DNA of 64,000 nucleotides from a virus: IMG/VR virus record IMGVR_UViG_3300032309_000634, positions 19,791 to 83,790 of that record; one strand, 5' to 3'. Shown piece by piece: positions 19,260 to 29,644 of this stretch (position 1 is its first letter; each line of letters starts with the position of its first letter). The notes under the pieces were generated by a model. It saw only the letters and a program-made list of their open reading frames with translations, ran no database searches and was not told where the DNA came from. The position numbers and the translations under genes were made by a program.

Positions 19260-21290
19260 TTAGTAAAGTTTAATCTCACAAGCATCAGTAGAGCAATAAG
19301 ACTCTCCTTCTGCCTCAAGATTTTCAACTCCATCATAGATAGCAGACCAATCAATCTTGGCAATTGTGCCCACATAAGAGTTATATTCTTCTTTTGTTAT
19401 CTCTGTATATGGTTGTTGTGGATAAGTTTTATTCCCCATTGGAAGGAAAGAAACTGCCTTTAGCTGTCCTTCGTACATATTAAGGGCAGGTGCGACAAAC
19501 TTCTTTTCTGTTTCTTTATCAAAAGAAAGAGTAACGGAAACGCCATTATCTGACCAGTACTTCTGAGCAGTAGCTGCTAAACCAATCTTTTCAAATAAAC
19601 TTACTTCCTTTTCTGATCTCTTGTGACCAGATGCTACTGGGAAATAGACTACAGATGTATTGGCTGATACTACATCGTCTTCAATTTTATATCCCGCTGC
19701 CTTAAACAAATGAAGCATTGGATCTGTATTTCCAAAACGAATAGATCTTAGGTAGAACTCTCCACCTGGGCCCCAGTGAACTCCTGGAGTTGCTCCAGAT
19801 AATAACGATACAGATCCTGATGGTTTAACTGTTGTTACACGAACAGACTCTCTAACGCATAGCCATTCTGAGTATTTGTGATCATAATGACGGATCTTTT
19901 GATACCCTTCATCCATCCATTCACGAGTTGTTGGTAATCCATAGGTATCTGCAAAAGATGCAATTCCAGTTAAAGATGTTCCAATACGTCTATTTCTTTG
20001 CATGATACCGTTTGTTTGCTGCCAATGTGTTGGCATTAGTGTAACAGTCTTACCATAAAGATAAGCAAATTTCAATGTCTTGAGGAAGTCCTCCTTGGAT
20101 TCATGACGATTTAAATGCACTTCTACAAGTGTACAAAGTTCGTATGACTCCAATGGCTGCTCCGCACAAGGATTGAATCCCATGATACGGGAATCTTTAT
20201 AGTCTGGTGCATCTGCTAAACGACCATACTCTCTTGCAACATCTAACCAAATAAATCCTGGTTCACCATTATCTGCAATTAAATCAACATAGTCTTCATA
20301 TTTAGTACCAACAGTAGCAGAAATAGAATTATTAGACATCCATGCCCAGCCTGGTTTTTCTGGATCAAATGAATTTCTTTCAGGAAATACTTCTGGATTC
20401 TTTAAATTGATAAAACCATTGTCTTCTGGTGTTCCTAAAGCTAAAGTAGCAGAACGTCTAACATTTCCAGAAACAACACATGTTCCAATAAGATTAACAA
20501 TGTCAACAATTGCACGACTGTCTAGTACTTCTCCTGCTCTAGAGCCAATGACATTTCGTATGCGTATGTGTAGTTGAATTAATGGTTCTGGACCGCTAGC
20601 GACCCCACCAAAGCCCTTAATGGCTGATCCTAGAGGACGGATAAGGTCATAGTTAAATTCTTGAATAGATTGATTTTGGCGTAGAAATGAATTAATTAAA
20701 AGACGAACAGATTCAACCCATCCTTCACGAGTATCTGGAATTTCATAGGTAGAAACTGGCTCTGTAGGGGCATAGATAGGCATTTGCTTATCTTGTCCCA
20801 AGGTATCAAAACCTACTCCAATTCCTAACATTAAAGCATCCATTACCCAAGCAAAAAGGGCACCTGGATCATTACGATCAATGTCACGGGTAGAAACCAT
20901 TGCACAATTTTGCAGTGAGGCTGAGTTTCTTTTCTCCATAGTCATTGGAGTTCCGAAAGCCCAAAGACCTCTGCCTGGAGGTGTCCACTTTAATTCAAAC
21001 ATTCTTTGGAAAGCTTCTTGTGCTGACTTTTGTGATTTATTATCGTTCCAAGGAAGTCTATTATCTTTGGCATGATTTTTTTGAACTGAATACATACCCT
21101 CAATTACACGACGACAAACTTCATGCCAACGTTCTTTTGTTCCATCTTCTTTGACACGAGAATATGTACGAATAAAAGTAATTTCTCCTAAAGAGTTGCT
21201 ACCCGCATCTGAAAATCCAAACGGTGCTGGAGTATTACTATATTTATTTACAAAATCCTCTGATAAGCGAAACGAAAAAACATCTGACAT
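19260..21290 (-). CDS. nrdJ: Class II (adenosylcobalamin-dependent) ribonucleotide reductase, monomeric type
   Basis: PPGRGLW, NCA, NPCAEQ, TTVKPSGSVS, C-terminal CSTDAC. Confidence 0.93.
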   Translation of the reverse strand: MSDVFSFRLSEDFVNKYSNTPAPFGFSDAGSNSLGEITFIRTYSRVKEDGTKERWHEVCRRVIEGMYSVQKNHAKDNRLPWNDNKSQKSAQEAFQRMFELKWTPPGRGLWAFGTPMTMEKRNSASLQNCAMVSTRDIDRNDPGALFAWVMDALMLGIGVGFDTLGQDKQMPIYAPTEPVSTYEIPDTREGWVESVRLLINSFLRQNQSIQEFNYDLIRPLGSAIKGFGGVASGPEPLIQLHIRIRNVIGSRAGEVLDSRAIVDIVNLIGTCVVSGNVRRSATLALGTPEDNGFINLKNPEVFPERNSFDPEKPGWAWMSNNSISATVGTKYEDYVDLIADNGEPGFIWLDVAREYGRLADAPDYKDSRIMGFNPCAEQPLESYELCTLVEVHLNRHESKEDFLKTLKFAYLYGKTVTLMPTHWQQTNGIMQRNRRIGTSLTGIASFADTYGLPTTREWMDEGYQKIRHYDHKYSEWLCVRESVRVTTVKPSGSVSLLSGATPGVHWGPGGEFYLRSIRFGNTDPMLHLFKAAGYKIEDDVVSANTSVVYFPVASGHKRSEKEVSLFEKIGLAATAQKYWSDNGVSVTLSFDKETEKKFVAPALNMYEGQLKAVSFLPMGNKTYPQQPYTEITKEEYNSYVGTIAKIDWSAIYDGVENLEAEGESYCSTDACEIKLY

Positions 21291-21452
21291 TTAAGTATGC
21301 CACCTTTCTAATATTGGTTGAGTACTTCTTAGAATCGGAAGTAGTCCTAAGTATAGCATAGAATTAAAAAGAATTCCACGCTCAGTTTTAATCTATCAAG
21401 TTATTGTTTATGGTTAGTACTTTTATATAACGAAAGTGTTATAAATAAAAAA

Positions 21453-22163
21453 TTAATTATATTTACTACTGTTGATATGGCAAATTTCAATTTCATTTAT
21501 ATTAACATGACTTGGTAATGATCCTACCCAATAAATAGCTTCTGCTAAATCTTCTGCGGTTAATGCATGATCCCGTTTTTGTTCTTGGGTATCAATAGTT
21601 GCTGGACAGATTTCTGTAATCTTAATTCCAAATTGAGGAAACTCAAGTCTCATTGTATCAATTAAACCACGCTCACCTCTTTTAGCATTTGTATAATTTC
21701 CTCCACCACGATATGGTACCTTGCCACCAAAAGAAGTAATAAAGATAATAGTTGGAGATTCTGACCTTTCCATACATGGAACAAAAAGTTGAGATAAGTA
21801 CATAGGGCCAGTAACATTTATGTCATAGGCTTTTCTAAAATTTTCTGGAGTCTCATTAATAATATGAGTTGGACCTGATCCTCCTCCAGCATTATTAACC
21901 AGAAGATCTAAAGTAATATCTTTGTATTTTTCAAAGAATACCTCTATTGCTTTAGAATCTGTTATGTCTAGGTTGTATACCTCAACATTGTCAGATATTA
22001 GTTTAGATACTTTTGAAAGATTTCTTGAAACAGCAATAACTTTGTATCCATTTTCAGACAGGCGTTTAACTGTTGCTAACCCTACACCCTTGCTTGCTCC
22101 AGTTACAATAGCTGTTTTAATATTAATGAATCCAATGTTGTGGAACCATAATCTTAGAACCAC
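21453..22163 (-). CDS. Short-chain dehydrogenase/reductase (YdfG-like); start uncertain (GTG 22163 or ATT 22121)
   Basis: TGASKGVG, NNAG, YTNAK motifs. Confidence 0.9.
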   Translation of the reverse strand: MVLRLWFHNIGFINIKTAIVTGASKGVGLATVKRLSENGYKVIAVSRNLSKVSKLISDNVEVYNLDITDSKAIEVFFEKYKDITLDLLVNNAGGGSGPTHIINETPENFRKAYDINVTGPMYLSQLFVPCMERSESPTIIFITSFGGKVPYRGGGNYTNAKRGERGLIDTMRLEFPQFGIKITEICPATIDTQEQKRDHALTAEDLAEAIYWVGSLPSHVNINEIEICHINSSKYN

Positions 22164-22752
22164 TCTTAACTAAGTGTGCTGTGTGGTGATATGGTGGTGA
22201 TGGTGGGAATACAATAATGCTGCCTGCTTTTGGTTTTACAGCAAATGTATAATTACCATTTTTTTCTGCTTCCGCAAAATCTGGTTCTGGGCTAGACGCT
22301 TGTAGTACTCCGTCTGGGGATGCAATAGTAAAAGATATTTCTCCGCCTTCGTAATCATCATTTAAGTACATAACGAAAGAAACCTTAAGTCTGTCGTCTC
22401 CTTCTTGCTGATCAAAGTGTGCCCCCATGTAAGTTCCAGCCTGATACTTTTTAATTGGATACATTGGGAATAGCTTAGGCTCATCTGTGATACCCTGTGC
22501 AGCAGCATAGTCTCTTGCTACATCATCAAATGCTTTTTGTAGGGTAGTATAGATATAGGTATTTTTTTCATCAGTTGTTTCTGTTAATGATATGCTTTTG
22601 TCTGTTCCATAGACATACTCTTGTCCACTACACGCCATCCATTCGCCCCAAGGATCTTGATTGTCATTCTCAATTGCTTCAACAAGTCTTTTTGGGTCTT
22701 CAATTACATTTGTGTAATAGTAAACTTTTTCTTCAAGTATTTCTCTATCCAT
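22123..22752 (-). CDS. 2OG-Fe(II) oxygenase, prolyl-4-hydroxylase-like
   Basis: HFD...YLNDDYEGGEI...H...K. Confidence 0.88.
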   Translation of the reverse strand: MDREILEEKVYYYTNVIEDPKRLVEAIENDNQDPWGEWMACSGQEYVYGTDKSISLTETTDEKNTYIYTTLQKAFDDVARDYAAAQGITDEPKLFPMYPIKKYQAGTYMGAHFDQQEGDDRLKVSFVMYLNDDYEGGEISFTIASPDGVLQASSPEPDFAEAEKNGNYTFAVKPKAGSIIVFPPSPPYHHTAHLVKSGSKIMVPQHWIH

Positions 22753-22762
22753 TTAGTGCCTC

Positions 22763-23422
22763 CTAGTACCTATTCTTTTTATAGTGATCTTTTTCTTTAA
22801 TGAATCCAACAAGAACATATCTTATTGGCCCATCTCCTACATGCTTGACCCCATGTTCATATTTTTCATCGCCTGGAAAAAATAGCATAGTTCCTGGTTT
22901 AGGCCTTAACTGGATATCAAGGTTTGGGAAAAATAACTCACCATCTACATAGTCATCATTAATATACACAATTGTAGCATATTTTATAGATGGGTCTGTT
23001 TTTTGATCCGTGTGAGATTTTAACTCTACCCCTGCCTGCATTCTTTGAATTGTTGCAAAACCACTTAAAATTAACTCTGGATCAGATTTTACTACCATTG
23101 AGTTTAAACCATCATATAATGGTCTGTATATCTCATGGTGTAATATATTAAAGTTTTTATCTTTCCAATTTTGAGTAACTTCAAACTTACCTTCAGCAAC
23201 CAGATTATCTACATCATCTCTACCAAATTTTTGCATACAGAAGTTTTTTAAGTTTGCGTGATACTCTACTTCCCAATCTTCTTGAGATGTACTATTTATA
23301 ATATCCCAAAAAATATTTATTTGATCTTGTGATAAAAAATTTTCAACAGAAAATAGTTCATCAGTGATATCTTTGACTACATAACCACTATCGGTCAACT
23401 GCTTTTTTAAGGAATCAATCAT
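22763..23422 (-). CDS. 2OG-Fe(II) oxygenase, prolyl-4-hydroxylase-like
   Basis: HTD...YINDDYVDGELFF...HGV...R. Confidence 0.88.
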   Translation of the reverse strand: MIDSLKKQLTDSGYVVKDITDELFSVENFLSQDQINIFWDIINSTSQEDWEVEYHANLKNFCMQKFGRDDVDNLVAEGKFEVTQNWKDKNFNILHHEIYRPLYDGLNSMVVKSDPELILSGFATIQRMQAGVELKSHTDQKTDPSIKYATIVYINDDYVDGELFFPNLDIQLRPKPGTMLFFPGDEKYEHGVKHVGDGPIRYVLVGFIKEKDHYKKNRY

Positions 23423-24170
23423 TTGTAATATCTTCTACCTTGTATTTATTTCCATTAGCATCTATCTTCCAGCCTTGCTTTAGAAGATCTTGCCATTCGG
23501 CTCTTTCAATTTCTTGTTGTGCTCTGGTTGCTTTCATTTCTTCAGCCCAAGCATCTCTTAGTTCCTGTGGATAATCAGACTCTTCTCTGTCGTCCCAGAA
23601 AGATCCAATGGTGTATCTTACTCCACTTTCTATTAAAGATACTTCGTGCATGTTGTTAAATCCCCCGTCAAATACGGCAAGCATTCCCACTTCTGGTTTA
23701 ATCTCTATGTTTTGATCTGGGAACTTAAGTAGTCCCCCTTCAAAATCATCATTAAGATATAGGAAGCCTGCATAACGACTTCTTGTAAATGCGCCTGAAT
23801 TCCCTTCAGCATCTGTGTTGTCCGAGTGTATTCTTGCATATGCTCCTGGCTCCCATTTTTGTGTATGGTATCCAATCTTAGAAATTATTTTTGGATCAAG
23901 GTCATGGACTGAAGCAATAGCCTCTGGCATTGTTTTTTCAATGTCTGAAAAAATGGTTGGAGATAGTTCAGCATCAAGTAATTCTTTATCATTGTCCTGT
24001 GGTAATACTGAAGAGTATGACTCGTAAAAAGAAATAGGCATCCAAGAGATTGCACCGTTGGCTGCTTGAGCATCTAAAGCCTGAATCATTTTTTTGCAAT
24101 CTTCTTTGCTTATAAAATCTTTATAAACTACTATGTCTTTTGTTAGTCTAACTTTATTGTTTAAATTCAT
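23415..24170 (-). CDS. 2OG-Fe(II) oxygenase, prolyl-4-hydroxylase-like
   Basis: HSD...YLNDDFEGG...HEV...R; start likely 24170, coupled to upstream stop. Confidence 0.88.
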   Translation of the reverse strand: MNLNNKVRLTKDIVVYKDFISKEDCKKMIQALDAQAANGAISWMPISFYESYSSVLPQDNDKELLDAELSPTIFSDIEKTMPEAIASVHDLDPKIISKIGYHTQKWEPGAYARIHSDNTDAEGNSGAFTRSRYAGFLYLNDDFEGGLLKFPDQNIEIKPEVGMLAVFDGGFNNMHEVSLIESGVRYTIGSFWDDREESDYPQELRDAWAEEMKATRAQQEIERAEWQDLLKQGWKIDANGNKYKVEDITND

Positions 24171-24850
24171 TATGGTTGCCTTTCTCCTGTATGTTTTGTA
24201 ATCTCCCAAAAAAATGGGCAAGTAAATCTTAAACCACTTTTAATCTCAGTTACCCCATGAATATAATTTTTATCTCCTGGGAAAAAATAAGCAGCACCCT
24301 TTTTAGGTTTAAACTGAACACCCTGTATTGGGAAATATAATTCTCCACCCTCATAGTCGTCATTTAAATAAAACAAACTAGAAAGATCATAGTTAGGAAA
24401 ATCATTTGGAGTTCCAGCATCGGGACCTTCATGAAGTTCTTTATCTGCATGAGGTTTTTGAAGTTGGCCAGGAAGCCATTTAACAATGGTTGTTCCAGTT
24501 GGAATAACTTCTACCTTATAAAATTCTTCAACAATAGGTTTTAATCTTTGAAATAATCCAGCAATAACTGGTGCAATAGTTGGATCATTTTTATCTAAAG
24601 ATGGACTTGTTGCAACTCGGTCTTTCCAATAATCAGAATCATATACGACTGTGCCATTTTCATTTACATGGCTTTCAGTTACATCCCAAATTGTTAAAGA
24701 TTTAGCAGCTTTTTCAAGAAACTCTATTTCTTCTGGAGTCATAAAGTTTTCTAGCTCAACAATCATGTCTTTGCTATCTCCAAACCACCCAGATGGAGTT
24801 ATAGACGGTGTTCTTTTAACTACTGTATATGAGTCTTTGTTTTGTTCCAT
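24170..24850 (-). CDS. 2OG-Fe(II) oxygenase, prolyl-4-hydroxylase-like
   Basis: HAD...YLNDDYEGGELYF...HGV...R. Confidence 0.88.
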   Translation of the reverse strand: MEQNKDSYTVVKRTPSITPSGWFGDSKDMIVELENFMTPEEIEFLEKAAKSLTIWDVTESHVNENGTVVYDSDYWKDRVATSPSLDKNDPTIAPVIAGLFQRLKPIVEEFYKVEVIPTGTTIVKWLPGQLQKPHADKELHEGPDAGTPNDFPNYDLSSLFYLNDDYEGGELYFPIQGVQFKPKKGAAYFFPGDKNYIHGVTEIKSGLRFTCPFFWEITKHTGERQP

Positions 24851-24852
24851 AT

Positions 24853-25569
24853 TTATATTATATCACCCTTCGTATTATCTGTTACGCTTAGTTTTAATGT
24901 TTTTACCTCATGAGACCCTTGGGTTTCTTCTTTTTCATTTACCGCATCTCTATACCAGTCTGTCCATTTCCCGACTTTGTTTATTTCTTGTGCAGCAGAC
25001 CCGTAAGAAAGATTTGCATCTAGTCTTTTTCTATCATCATCTTGGTATTTAACAATTTCAATATTTGTGCCGTTTAAATTTGACAAAGATATAGGAATAA
25101 TTGTAGCAACTGGAGTTCCAGCTTTGATAACTACTCTCTTGTTTGCTACTTTTGCTTTAATAGCTAAAGGCAGAGGATTGTCATAAAAAGAGGTGCTCAT
25201 TAATGATGACATTGTTTCAAACTCATCACTAAAATAATTTACTGGATTAATAGTAAAAATACTTACATCTTTGTCTGTTCTAAAAACTAAACCCGTATTT
25301 AAGCTTATAGAGGATTGACCTCTTCCAGAATATGCTCCTGATGGGCTAAATATTTCAATATGATCTGGGGTTTGATCATTAACTCCGTCCCAAATAAACT
25401 CAATATCCTCTACACAAGAAAGGCTCCAGCCAATTACGTTTGACTGGGTTACTGGAAAACATCTATAGGCATGGCCTTCTGATGTTACATCCATCCAATC
25501 TCTTTTAATTGACATAGGCTGAATATCAAACAAAGCCCCTTGTGTTTTTTCAACTGAGATATTAAACAT
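24853..25569 (-). CDS. DUF6065-like protein
   Basis: RDWMD...HAYRCFP...N..GW pattern recalled for DUF6065. Confidence 0.6.
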   Translation of the reverse strand: MFNISVEKTQGALFDIQPMSIKRDWMDVTSEGHAYRCFPVTQSNVIGWSLSCVEDIEFIWDGVNDQTPDHIEIFSPSGAYSGRGQSSISLNTGLVFRTDKDVSIFTINPVNYFSDEFETMSSLMSTSFYDNPLPLAIKAKVANKRVVIKAGTPVATIIPISLSNLNGTNIEIVKYQDDDRKRLDANLSYGSAAQEINKVGKWTDWYRDAVNEKEETQGSHEVKTLKLSVTDNTKGDII

Positions 25570-26225
25570 TAGTCTGCGTCTGCGCTATACATCTCTGGAG
25601 TGTGAAACTTTTTGCTGTAATCAAGCATTGTAACAATAGAGTATTTAGTTCCAGAGGTTACTGGCATTGCTTGATGAGGATACATAAAGTTTGATGGGAA
25701 AATAAAAAGATCTCCAGCCTCTGGCTTAACCTTTAAATTTTGTAGTCTAAAGAAAAGTTCTCCGCCCTCATAATCGTCATTAACATATGAAACCAAAGAA
25801 ACCGTACAGTTGTAAGAAAAACCATGATCATGATGTTCCATAAAGTGTTGGCCTGGACCATACTTAATAAAATTAAATGCTTCCCAATATTTTAAATTAT
25901 GAATATTGTACATTCTGCAATAATCTTCTACTGCTGGTAATTTTACATCATAAAGGTCTTGCCAAAGTGATTGAAGGTTTAGACTGACTTGACTTTTATC
26001 ATTTTCAATATCTGTTTTCTTAAACTTAAAATCATTACAATCTCGATAGTCTGGCATTAGTTGCTTGTAACCTACATACGCAGGTTGCCAGCTATAGCCA
26101 GTGGTATCTCCTTCTGGTTTAAGATTATCCTCAAGTCTCTTTATTACATCAATTTCTTTTTTAATTACGCCCTTGTAAACATATATTCCATTGCCAAGGT
26201 CTACTTTCTCTGTCCATGTTTGCAT
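25569..26225 (-). CDS. 2OG-Fe(II) oxygenase, prolyl-4-hydroxylase-like
   Basis: HHD...YVNDDYEGGEL...FPSNFMYPH...K. Confidence 0.88.
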   Translation of the reverse strand: MQTWTEKVDLGNGIYVYKGVIKKEIDVIKRLEDNLKPEGDTTGYSWQPAYVGYKQLMPDYRDCNDFKFKKTDIENDKSQVSLNLQSLWQDLYDVKLPAVEDYCRMYNIHNLKYWEAFNFIKYGPGQHFMEHHDHGFSYNCTVSLVSYVNDDYEGGELFFRLQNLKVKPEAGDLFIFPSNFMYPHQAMPVTSGTKYSIVTMLDYSKKFHTPEMYSADAD

Positions 26226-26234
26226 TTTATTCTC

Positions 26235-27005
26235 CTATTTGTATTCTCGTCTTGACCAAACTTTATTTTTATATACCCCGCCATCAGGCTGTCTATAAAA
26301 CTTCATGTTGTTAAACATTTTATCATAAATCTCAGATTGTCCTAATATCTCTACTTCACTTTTCCAGTTTTCTCTTTTAAATGGTAAGACTTGTAGGTAT
26401 GGAGTGCCTGCTGGAATTGTTCCTTCCCAACCTTCTGCAATAAAAAATGGAAAGCTTCCAAGCAAATGAACCTTGTCTGAGTCAACAATTCCTGTTGTAT
26501 TTAAAAATGGTAAATCAAACCTATTCATTGGTGTCATAAATAGCGCACTATAACCTTCTGGAAGCTCAAGTCCCCAATCTGAACTCCAAGCAAAATGATG
26601 TTGATAGAATCCTTTTGGGTGCTCAAACTGTGGCATTGGAGGTCTTTGTGTACAAAAATCTTGATATCTTTTATCTTCAATTTTTACACCAATAATCCCT
26701 TGTGCGTTTTTAGAAAATACTAAATCACAAGGAGTTTTAAAAACATATCCAGTTGAAAATGCATCCATGATTGCAGGACATGCTTTCCATGTAGGAATTT
26801 TTCCATAATCATCTACAGTACCCTCTTTTGGAAAAGGGCACGTTTCTTTTGGTGCGTTATAGTATTCATTATTAATTGGATTTTTTGCAAATCTGTCTGC
26901 ATCTTTATACCATTGAGGAATAACATTTTGTGTTGCTGATGGAACAGAAACACTATTTTTATTTAGCCATGGTCTAAAAGATCTAAAGATTGCTAGATTG
27001 TTCAT
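26235..27005 (-). CDS. Conserved phage protein (DUF6065/dUTPase-like beta fold), oxygenase-associated
   Basis: IPQWYK, TWKACP..DAFSTGY, GIVDSD, IPAGTPYLQVLPFKRE. Confidence 0.5.
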   Translation of the reverse strand: MNNLAIFRSFRPWLNKNSVSVPSATQNVIPQWYKDADRFAKNPINNEYYNAPKETCPFPKEGTVDDYGKIPTWKACPAIMDAFSTGYVFKTPCDLVFSKNAQGIIGVKIEDKRYQDFCTQRPPMPQFEHPKGFYQHHFAWSSDWGLELPEGYSALFMTPMNRFDLPFLNTTGIVDSDKVHLLGSFPFFIAEGWEGTIPAGTPYLQVLPFKRENWKSEVEILGQSEIYDKMFNNMKFYRQPDGGVYKNKVWSRREYK

Positions 27006-27715
27006 TAATGACTCAGTTCGTTAATATCTGTCATAATAACAACACAATACTTTGTTCCTGATTTCATAGGTAACGATGCATGTTCGTAAATATAGTTTGA
27101 GGGGAAGATAGCTATATCTCCAACTTTTGGAGTATGAACAAAATTATCTAATCTTGGAAACTTAATCTCTCCGCCTTCATAATCATCATTAATATAGATA
27201 ACAGCAGAGACTGTACAGTTATAAGCAGGGCCATGATCAGCATGAATATTAAAATGAGTTCCTTCTCCTTCATACTTTACAAAGTTAAACGCTTCGTAAT
27301 ATACAACATTAATTCCCCAATAGTGGGCATAGTCATCCACACACATCTTTAGCTTTTGATAGATCTCTTCATGAAGATCAATTAAGTCTTCATTAGACTC
27401 ATCTCTTGGTCCAAGATTCTCTTGCTTATATTTAAAGTCTACACAATCTCTTGCTTTTTTAATTGGAGCATCAGAATTTGTAACTTTAGCCTCTGACCAT
27501 TTATATTTTTTATCTCCTGAAAGATTGTGCTCAAGTGTATTTATGTATCTTTCTGAATCATCTTTAGAAAAAACATTATGATAAATGTTTAGTCCTAATC
27601 CTGGATTACTAATAGAAATATTGCTTTGAGGCATTAATCTTTCAACTCTAGCCGAAATTGTTTCAGACCTGTCTTTTGTAAACCAATGATTGTCATTTTC
27701 ATTGTAAATATCCAT
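27005..27715 (-). CDS. 2OG-Fe(II) oxygenase, prolyl-4-hydroxylase-like
   Basis: HAD...YINDDYEGGEI...FPSNYIYEH...K; paralog of 25569..26225. Confidence 0.88.
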   Translation of the reverse strand: MDIYNENDNHWFTKDRSETISARVERLMPQSNISISNPGLGLNIYHNVFSKDDSERYINTLEHNLSGDKKYKWSEAKVTNSDAPIKKARDCVDFKYKQENLGPRDESNEDLIDLHEEIYQKLKMCVDDYAHYWGINVVYYEAFNFVKYEGEGTHFNIHADHGPAYNCTVSAVIYINDDYEGGEIKFPRLDNFVHTPKVGDIAIFPSNYIYEHASLPMKSGTKYCVVIMTDINELSH

Positions 27716-27805
27716 ACTTGTCCCCTTTTAAACCTTGATAATTTATTATAGCATATTCCTTTATATTTAACAAAAAATGCCTAAGTGCTAGCACTTTTAT
27801 TTTTA

Positions 27806-28366
27806 TTAAATCCAACAAATTAATTGATATTTATTGCCATTTTTAACTTCATGCTCTGTATACTCATATTCTGCTGGGTGAATAATAAGCTGCCCAGATT
27901 TTGGTTTAATTTTTATGCCTAAATTTAAAAACTCTATTTCTCCACCATCATAGTTATCATTAATAGAATATTTAAAAGAAACTTTTTTGGTATTTTCATT
28001 TCCATAATTATCTTTCATCTGGACCTGTTTGGCCCCATCTTCAGACTTAGTAAAATAAAAACTATAAAATAACGGTTTAGGAATATTATTTTTTTTAAAA
28101 TATTTTATTGCTGATTCTGTAAACACTTCGGATGATATTTTAGATAAATCATGTAATAATAAATTTAATCCACTTTCTTTATTTACTTTAGATTCATCTT
28201 CAAAATTTAAAAAACCAATATGTTTATGCTTTAAGCTCAAGGGAGATGTTTCTGTCCATTTAAAGTCAGTGTTAAACTCACACATATCTTCTATACCGTC
28301 TATTGTTTCATTTAAATCAATGTTTACATCATATAAATATATACCATGAGAAATTTCCATTACCAT
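27806..28366 (-). CDS. Degenerate 2OG-Fe(II) oxygenase-fold protein
   Basis: INDNYDGGEIEF...KPKSG...KY retained, HxD replaced by MKD. Confidence 0.7.
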   Translation of the reverse strand: MVMEISHGIYLYDVNIDLNETIDGIEDMCEFNTDFKWTETSPLSLKHKHIGFLNFEDESKVNKESGLNLLLHDLSKISSEVFTESAIKYFKKNNIPKPLFYSFYFTKSEDGAKQVQMKDNYGNENTKKVSFKYSINDNYDGGEIEFLNLGIKIKPKSGQLIIHPAEYEYTEHEVKNGNKYQLICWI

Positions 28367-28560
28367 TTACCAATTGGGCAAGTTGCCTCTTCTAGCTTAG
28401 TTTTAAGATTCATGAAACAACCACATTTTTTGCACTGTTTACTTAGTTTAATAAAGTGCTCGCAACCTTTACAAATAGAAAATCTATCTATAGCAACCTC
28501 ATCTAAAGATCTAGGTTTATTTGGATTTAATAAATCCCAAGGTTTTACTGAATTGCTCAT
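28360..28560 (-). CDS. Small Cys-rich protein (DUF6171-like)
   Basis: RFSICKGC...CKKCGCFM..K......CPIGKW. Confidence 0.75.
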   Translation of the reverse strand: MSNSVKPWDLLNPNKPRSLDEVAIDRFSICKGCEHFIKLSKQCKKCGCFMNLKTKLEEATCPIGKW

Positions 28561-28605
28561 TTAATAATTGTAGCATACAACTTGCTTATATACTAGTTAT
28601 TATTT

Positions 28606-29583
28606 TTATGATGTACACCTACAACATTTGTGTGCAAACAATGCTCCGCCACAGTTAGAGTTTAATGCTCCAGCGCCAGAAGCGTACCCAGAAGCAACAC
28701 AGTTATCCTGACAACTTTCCGCAGAGGGAACATGCTTATAGATAATAGTTTGGAAGTATGGGAAGAATGGAGGGAAGAAAGGTGGGAAGAACGGGAAGAA
28801 AGGTGGGAAGAATGGGAAGAAAGGTGGGAAGAACGGGAAGAAAGGAGGGAAGAATGGAGGGAAGAAAGGTGGGAAGAACGGAAAGAATGGTGGGAAGAAA
28901 GGAGGAAAGAAAGGAAAGAAAGGAAAAAACGGTGGGAAGAAAGGAGGGAAGAATGGAAAGAATGGTGGGAAGAAAGGAGGAAAAAACGGGGCTAAAGTAG
29001 TAATAGAACCAGAAGCTGCTGATAGCGCACTTGTACCATTAGCATTAGTTGCCGTTACCTTATAGGTTTGAGCAGTACCAGCAGTATCAGCAATTACGAT
29101 AGGAGAAGTTGATCCAGTACCTGAAGTGCCGTCATCGCCTGTTACTGTAAAACTTGAAATTGTTTTTCCACCAGTAGCGGGGGCTGAAAAAGCAATTGAA
29201 TTTTGATTAACCCCAGCAGTTGGTGTTGGGGCTGACATTTGAGCAGGAACTGTGGTGGCTGTAATTGAGGCTGAGGCAGAGGATGCTGCAGACGTTCCTG
29301 ATGCATTTGTAGCAGTAACTGTAAATGTATATGCTGTGTTAGATTGTAAACCTGCAACCGTAATGGGAGAAGATGACCCAGTTCCTGTATATCCTCCAGG
29401 AGAAGATGTTGCAGTAAATGATGTAGCTGCTGGAGATAATGCGGGTAAGGAAAATGTAACTGTTGCTGCGCCATCATTAAAGGCTCTTCCAGTTCCAACA
29501 TCAGTTGCTGTAACACTAGTTGGGGCCATTGGCTCTAAAAAGTCATTTGAGGAAGCAGAACGCTTTCCAGTTTTTTTAGCCAT
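28606..29583 (-). CDS. FN3-domain protein with 79-residue Pro/Phe tract and Cys-rich tip
   Basis: Two FN3-like units (GLQSNTAYTFTVTATNASG); P/F tract 28753-28989; C-terminus with 6 Cys. Confidence 0.85.
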   Translation of the reverse strand: MAKKTGKRSASSNDFLEPMAPTSVTATDVGTGRAFNDGAATVTFSLPALSPAATSFTATSSPGGYTGTGSSSPITVAGLQSNTAYTFTVTATNASGTSAASSASASITATTVPAQMSAPTPTAGVNQNSIAFSAPATGGKTISSFTVTGDDGTSGTGSTSPIVIADTAGTAQTYKVTATNANGTSALSAASGSITTLAPFFPPFFPPFFPFFPPFFPPFFPFFPFFPPFFPPFFPFFPPFFPPFFPPFFPFFPPFFPFFPPFFPFFPPFFPPFFPYFQTIIYKHVPSAESCQDNCVASGYASGAGALNSNCGGALFAHKCCRCTS

Positions 29584-29644
29584 TTAGTTATTATATCATG
29601 GATTTATAGCATAAATAAACATTTTTTAATAAATAAATCTAAGG

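Noticed and set aside
19260-21290. Intein or intron in nrdJ, or a cobalamin riboswitch/NrdR box upstream
   Set aside because: Protein is continuous and of ordinary length, with no splicing motifs; no recognisable element in 21290-21450
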